Positions 60,239 to 64,000 of a DNA stretch of 64,000 bases are shown here, piece after piece. Below the pieces are notes generated by a model, which worked only from the letters and a program-made list of their open reading frames with translations, searched no databases and was not told the DNA's origin. A program made the translations under genes and the position numbers. Each line of letters begins with the position of its first letter. Positions within the stretch are counted from its first letter, which is position 1. This DNA comes from Catajapyx aquilonaris (Eukaryota): assembly GCA_000934665.2 (NCBI GenBank), contig KZ538213.1, positions 1 to 64,000 of the forward strand, read 5' to 3'.

Positions 60239-62926
60239 GATAGGCGTCGGGGGAATCCCCGCATCACAACCCGAAATAAGGGATCTGATTCGAGAGCCTC
60301 AGCGACACTCAGCGGCAATACTTATCATCACCAGAGTGGCGGCGCCCGAATTGAAATGTAATACATATTTCTGATGGAGGAGGATTGTATCTCGGGGGAC
60401 CGTTTTTTTGCGGACCGTTTTTTTCGGGTGCCGACAAAGGACTGACGAAAAAAATAAGGTACATATAACACTCACCCACACACTCATAACACATAATATA
60501 TCAAGATAGAGGAGTTTATGACTGGAAGCACTTGAGCACCATTTTGTTTTTACACGGAGGACGTCTGCTTGCATCGTGGAAGTTTTCCAAGTGCTTTATC
60601 AGGGGGAGGGTCACACATTGAAAAATACACACAAAAAAAATTATAATCATTATACACGTTGGGTGTCTCGGACCAATGGAAAAGGAAAATAAGAAAGAGT
60701 AGAATGCTGGATTCAACATCCACGTTTTTTTGGTACGTGTCATATGTCTCATTATTGTCGTTTCAATTTATTTTTCAACAACCTTGTGTTTTCTTTTTTC
60801 ATTATTCGAGGGTGATGATAGTGGCGCCTCCTGCACATTGGGATAATCGTGTAATCGCAGCTACAGCACCTTGATCGCCTTATTACCACTAGTCAAAACC
60901 TGTTTCTGTTTTTTTAAATTATTTATCTCGCAAGATCAGGAGTAGGGTCTGCGTTTACACGTTGAACATATCACACGGGCAGCAGCAGAGTAATTCGGTT
61001 TGGGTGTGTACAGTACTGTAGATTTTTATCGTTTGGTACCGACTCCCCCCCTCTTTACGTGTGCGTGTCACAAAAAAAAAAGTTGGCTCTTGGGTGTACA
61101 GTACTTGTTACATTCTCTCCTCGTAGCGACACGTTTGAGGTTCAGTTATCTTCTTGGCATTTGGACATGGATGCCAAACAATTACGCAGGTTAGGTTTTG
61201 GGTGATATTTTTCTAGTCAAACAATGTGATGCTGGTATTTCTCGCCAAGTTCTTTCATTGTTTTTTGGTCTCTATCACTAATACCTAATATATCTATCTG
61301 AGAGCACACGTTCACAGACTGATTTACATCTTTTTTAAGCGGGTGAAGTGGTCACATGGGTTTTTGGTGGGGTGTGTCCGCCAGCCAGAGAGAGGCACAT
61401 GGGGGTGAATTTTTTCTTTTTGTATTGTACGCATTGTGTGACGCAGCACTTTTCTCACTTCAATGACCGTGTTACGTAAGCGCCAAGGGCTCTGGGAACC
61501 TGAAAGTACATCACAGTCTTTTGTACCTAGTAGATGATCCGGACGCGTTTGATTTGGCTCATGTATATACCAGGGATGATCTAAAAGTTCAAGTTTCTCT
61601 GCTATTTCGTATGATTGTGCACAACCAAACTAAGTCAAGCAGCGTCAGAAATCTGTAGTACATAGTGTGCTGTAACATATCAGCGATGTTGCGCAATGTT
61701 TGTTAAGTTCCAGGAAGCTTTCGTTTGCTGCGCCATTGTTGCGAGCTGTTCTTCATTCTGGGAAAATTCGAGCATACGTGAACAGATTTGACTATTCTCA
61801 TGCAGAAGTGTTCAATGAGCAAGCAACAGACTTTCTGAAAAAGTGCAGATCTACCAAGGTGTATTTTAAACTGCATTTACACACTGTCAGTTTCTGTAAT
61901 ATTATTCTAACCGATTGTATACTTTGTTAACCGTCCATTTCTAATTTAGCTTTAAAACTGGTTTTATTCAGTGACGCATTGTATCATATATTGTTTGTAA
62001 GCATGAATGTTTCTGTAAATACTGCACATTCATGGAGATATGAGGAACTTTTTAGTTCATCTCTCGTATAAAAAAATGGTAGTCATTTGTATAGCAAATT
62101 AAGGTCCCAGGGTCCCTACTCTGTGATACCCGAATTTCTAGCTTTGAAAAAAAAAGAGAGAGATAAAATTTCTTCTGTAGTGCAAACCAAAATGTGCCTC
62201 CTGGCTGGCCCTACCCTTTTGTACTGGATCTAATAGTGCATATAATAGGTTGTGATATCTTCACCCCAACATTCGACATCTTCGGATCGTCCTGTTTTTT
62301 TTTCTTTTGAGTGAAAAAAACCCCAATTGTTTTATTTCTCTAAGTTCCTCTGAGCGAGGCACTGGTGACCGTCATAGTCGTGAGGTGGTGTGTCTTATAC
62401 AAAAAAAAAGTAGAATCGGTGGTGTGCAGCTCCGTACTGTAGTTGGCCACATTGTTTCGCCCGGCATAGTTTTTTCGCCTAAACCCATCCCAAGTCATTA
62501 TTGCTCGACTCGCACCGAGTTGTTTAGTTATCACTCTATTTCCTAACAGTTGATAGCACTGCCAATTTTCAAAAAAAAACACCTAGCTGGACCGCTTCCG
62601 TTGCTGGCACAAAGCATCATTTTATTGGATATTTCCAACAAAGGAGGATCTGCAACGTAAGCGGTTCATCTTGATTATCAACACTTATTTAAAAAAAATA
62701 CATCATTTTTCGGTTTTCAGCTGGTCCTATACATAGGAGAAAAAAATAATATATAGGGGAAAAAATACAGACTATGGCAACGTCATCCCTAATTGTCATG
62801 TGTGTCATAGTTCTTTTTTATGTGGAACGTGTGTCCAGTTATGTCCAATAATATCTAAAACCGCAAGTGAACATTTTTTACAAAATGGAACAATGTCTGC
62901 AGGAATACTAGGAGCAGTAGCCGATA

Positions 62927-62932
62927 AATAAA
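62927..62932 (+). terminator. Candidate polyadenylation signal AATAAA (a second at 63048-63053), implying a 3' UTR of about 2.7 kb
   Basis: First canonical AATAAA I could find downstream of the stop codon. No transcript evidence. Confidence 0.35.
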
Positions 62933-64000
62933 AGTGATTGCATAGAAATGAGCAGTGTTTTAACGTGCAATTTTTTTTCACATAAACAGTTTTTTTAAAA
63001 AATCTGTCCTGAAGAAGACGTGAAGGGGTCGTTTGCTTGTGGCTGCCAATAAAACAAGTGAGTCGTTATTGGTGGCAATTAAGTGCTGATTGTGGGCACG
63101 GAATGGAAATTTTGGTACACGAACCTCTTGTATCGTTTTTTAAGTCTGTAACACGCATAGTTTTTGGTCTTCAGAGACTCACGCATACCCTGATGTGGAC
63201 GGTCAAGCTAGCAATGGATGAAATGAACATCTCAATTTATGTTTCTATTTCATTGTTAACATTATGCAAACTCTGAATTGATCTTGTGAGCAGAAGAATT
63301 GGTCTAAATAATAATTCTGCCACACTCTTCGGTTATTCTTCAAGAGCTCTGGATGTCAATTTTAAACATATCATTGAAGCACAAAATAATAGGTAATACT
63401 TTGGTTTCTTTTTGAAGATGACTTATCCAAGTGTCGTTGTTACATGAATGGATTGCTTTACAGACTACCTGGATATGTAGGAAAATTAAATGTTGTGTAA
63501 TGACCAATAGTAACGTTGCATTAGCAGATTCGCTAATTCGAGTGTGGCAAAGAATATTTGCAATGATTTTTTTGACATAATAATTTAGTGTGGCAGAAGT
63601 ACACCTTGATACATCAGGGTTTGTGCATGACTTTATCGGATACTAACTGTTTCTTGCTTTGTGAAGTAGATGAGATTCATTTGCATTCCAAGCACCAATT
63701 TGAAGCTGAGGCAAAAAATGACCAATTTTTTCTCATCAGCTTCACTCTAAAGTAATATAAATTATGCCATATCTCGTACTGATACTTGGAGTGAAGAACT
63801 GGTCTGAAGCAAAATATATTCATGACTGTGTCCGACATTACACAAGATGCTGCAGCACTATTTGTCATTGAAATGTGCTAAGGAAAATGAATGTCAGTAA
63901 ATAGCAATTTGCTTGTGACACTGAGATGTTACTGCAATGCCAATGAAAATGCGAAGATTATGCATTGGTAGTTACTTTTCATCTCACGTGGTTGGTGAAA

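Noticed and set aside
60239..60361. Frame stays open for 40 codons after the TGA (possible stop-codon readthrough)
   Set aside because: The TGA-G context is not the leaky TGA-C type, an open stretch of this length is common by chance, and the peptide has no recognisable features.

Overview
Eukaryotic (animal, probably arthropod) genomic DNA, mostly intronic or non-coding, with three N-gaps next to G/C homopolymers. The one well-supported gene is on the + strand: a pikachurin/EGFLAM-like (Drosophila SP2353-like) extracellular-matrix gene. Eleven coding exons from 20078 to 60238 can be assembled by hand with GT-AG junctions and consistent phases (2501 nt, about 833 codons, TGA at 60236-60238). 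The architecture is EGF - Ser/Thr/Gln-rich linker - EGF - LamG1 - EGF - LamG2 - EGF - LamG3. The exon carrying the start codon and signal peptide was not found and probably lies upstream of the window. The introns contain microsatellites, a probable solo LTR, MITE-like remnants, a diverged duplication flanking one exon, several palindromes or hairpins, and motif clusters. The best of these is an array of four CTCF-like sites at 31-32 bp spacing. I found no CRISPR array, RNA gene, intact transposase or second gene, and no clearly new biological system. The findings below are regulatory and isoform hypotheses of modest certainty.
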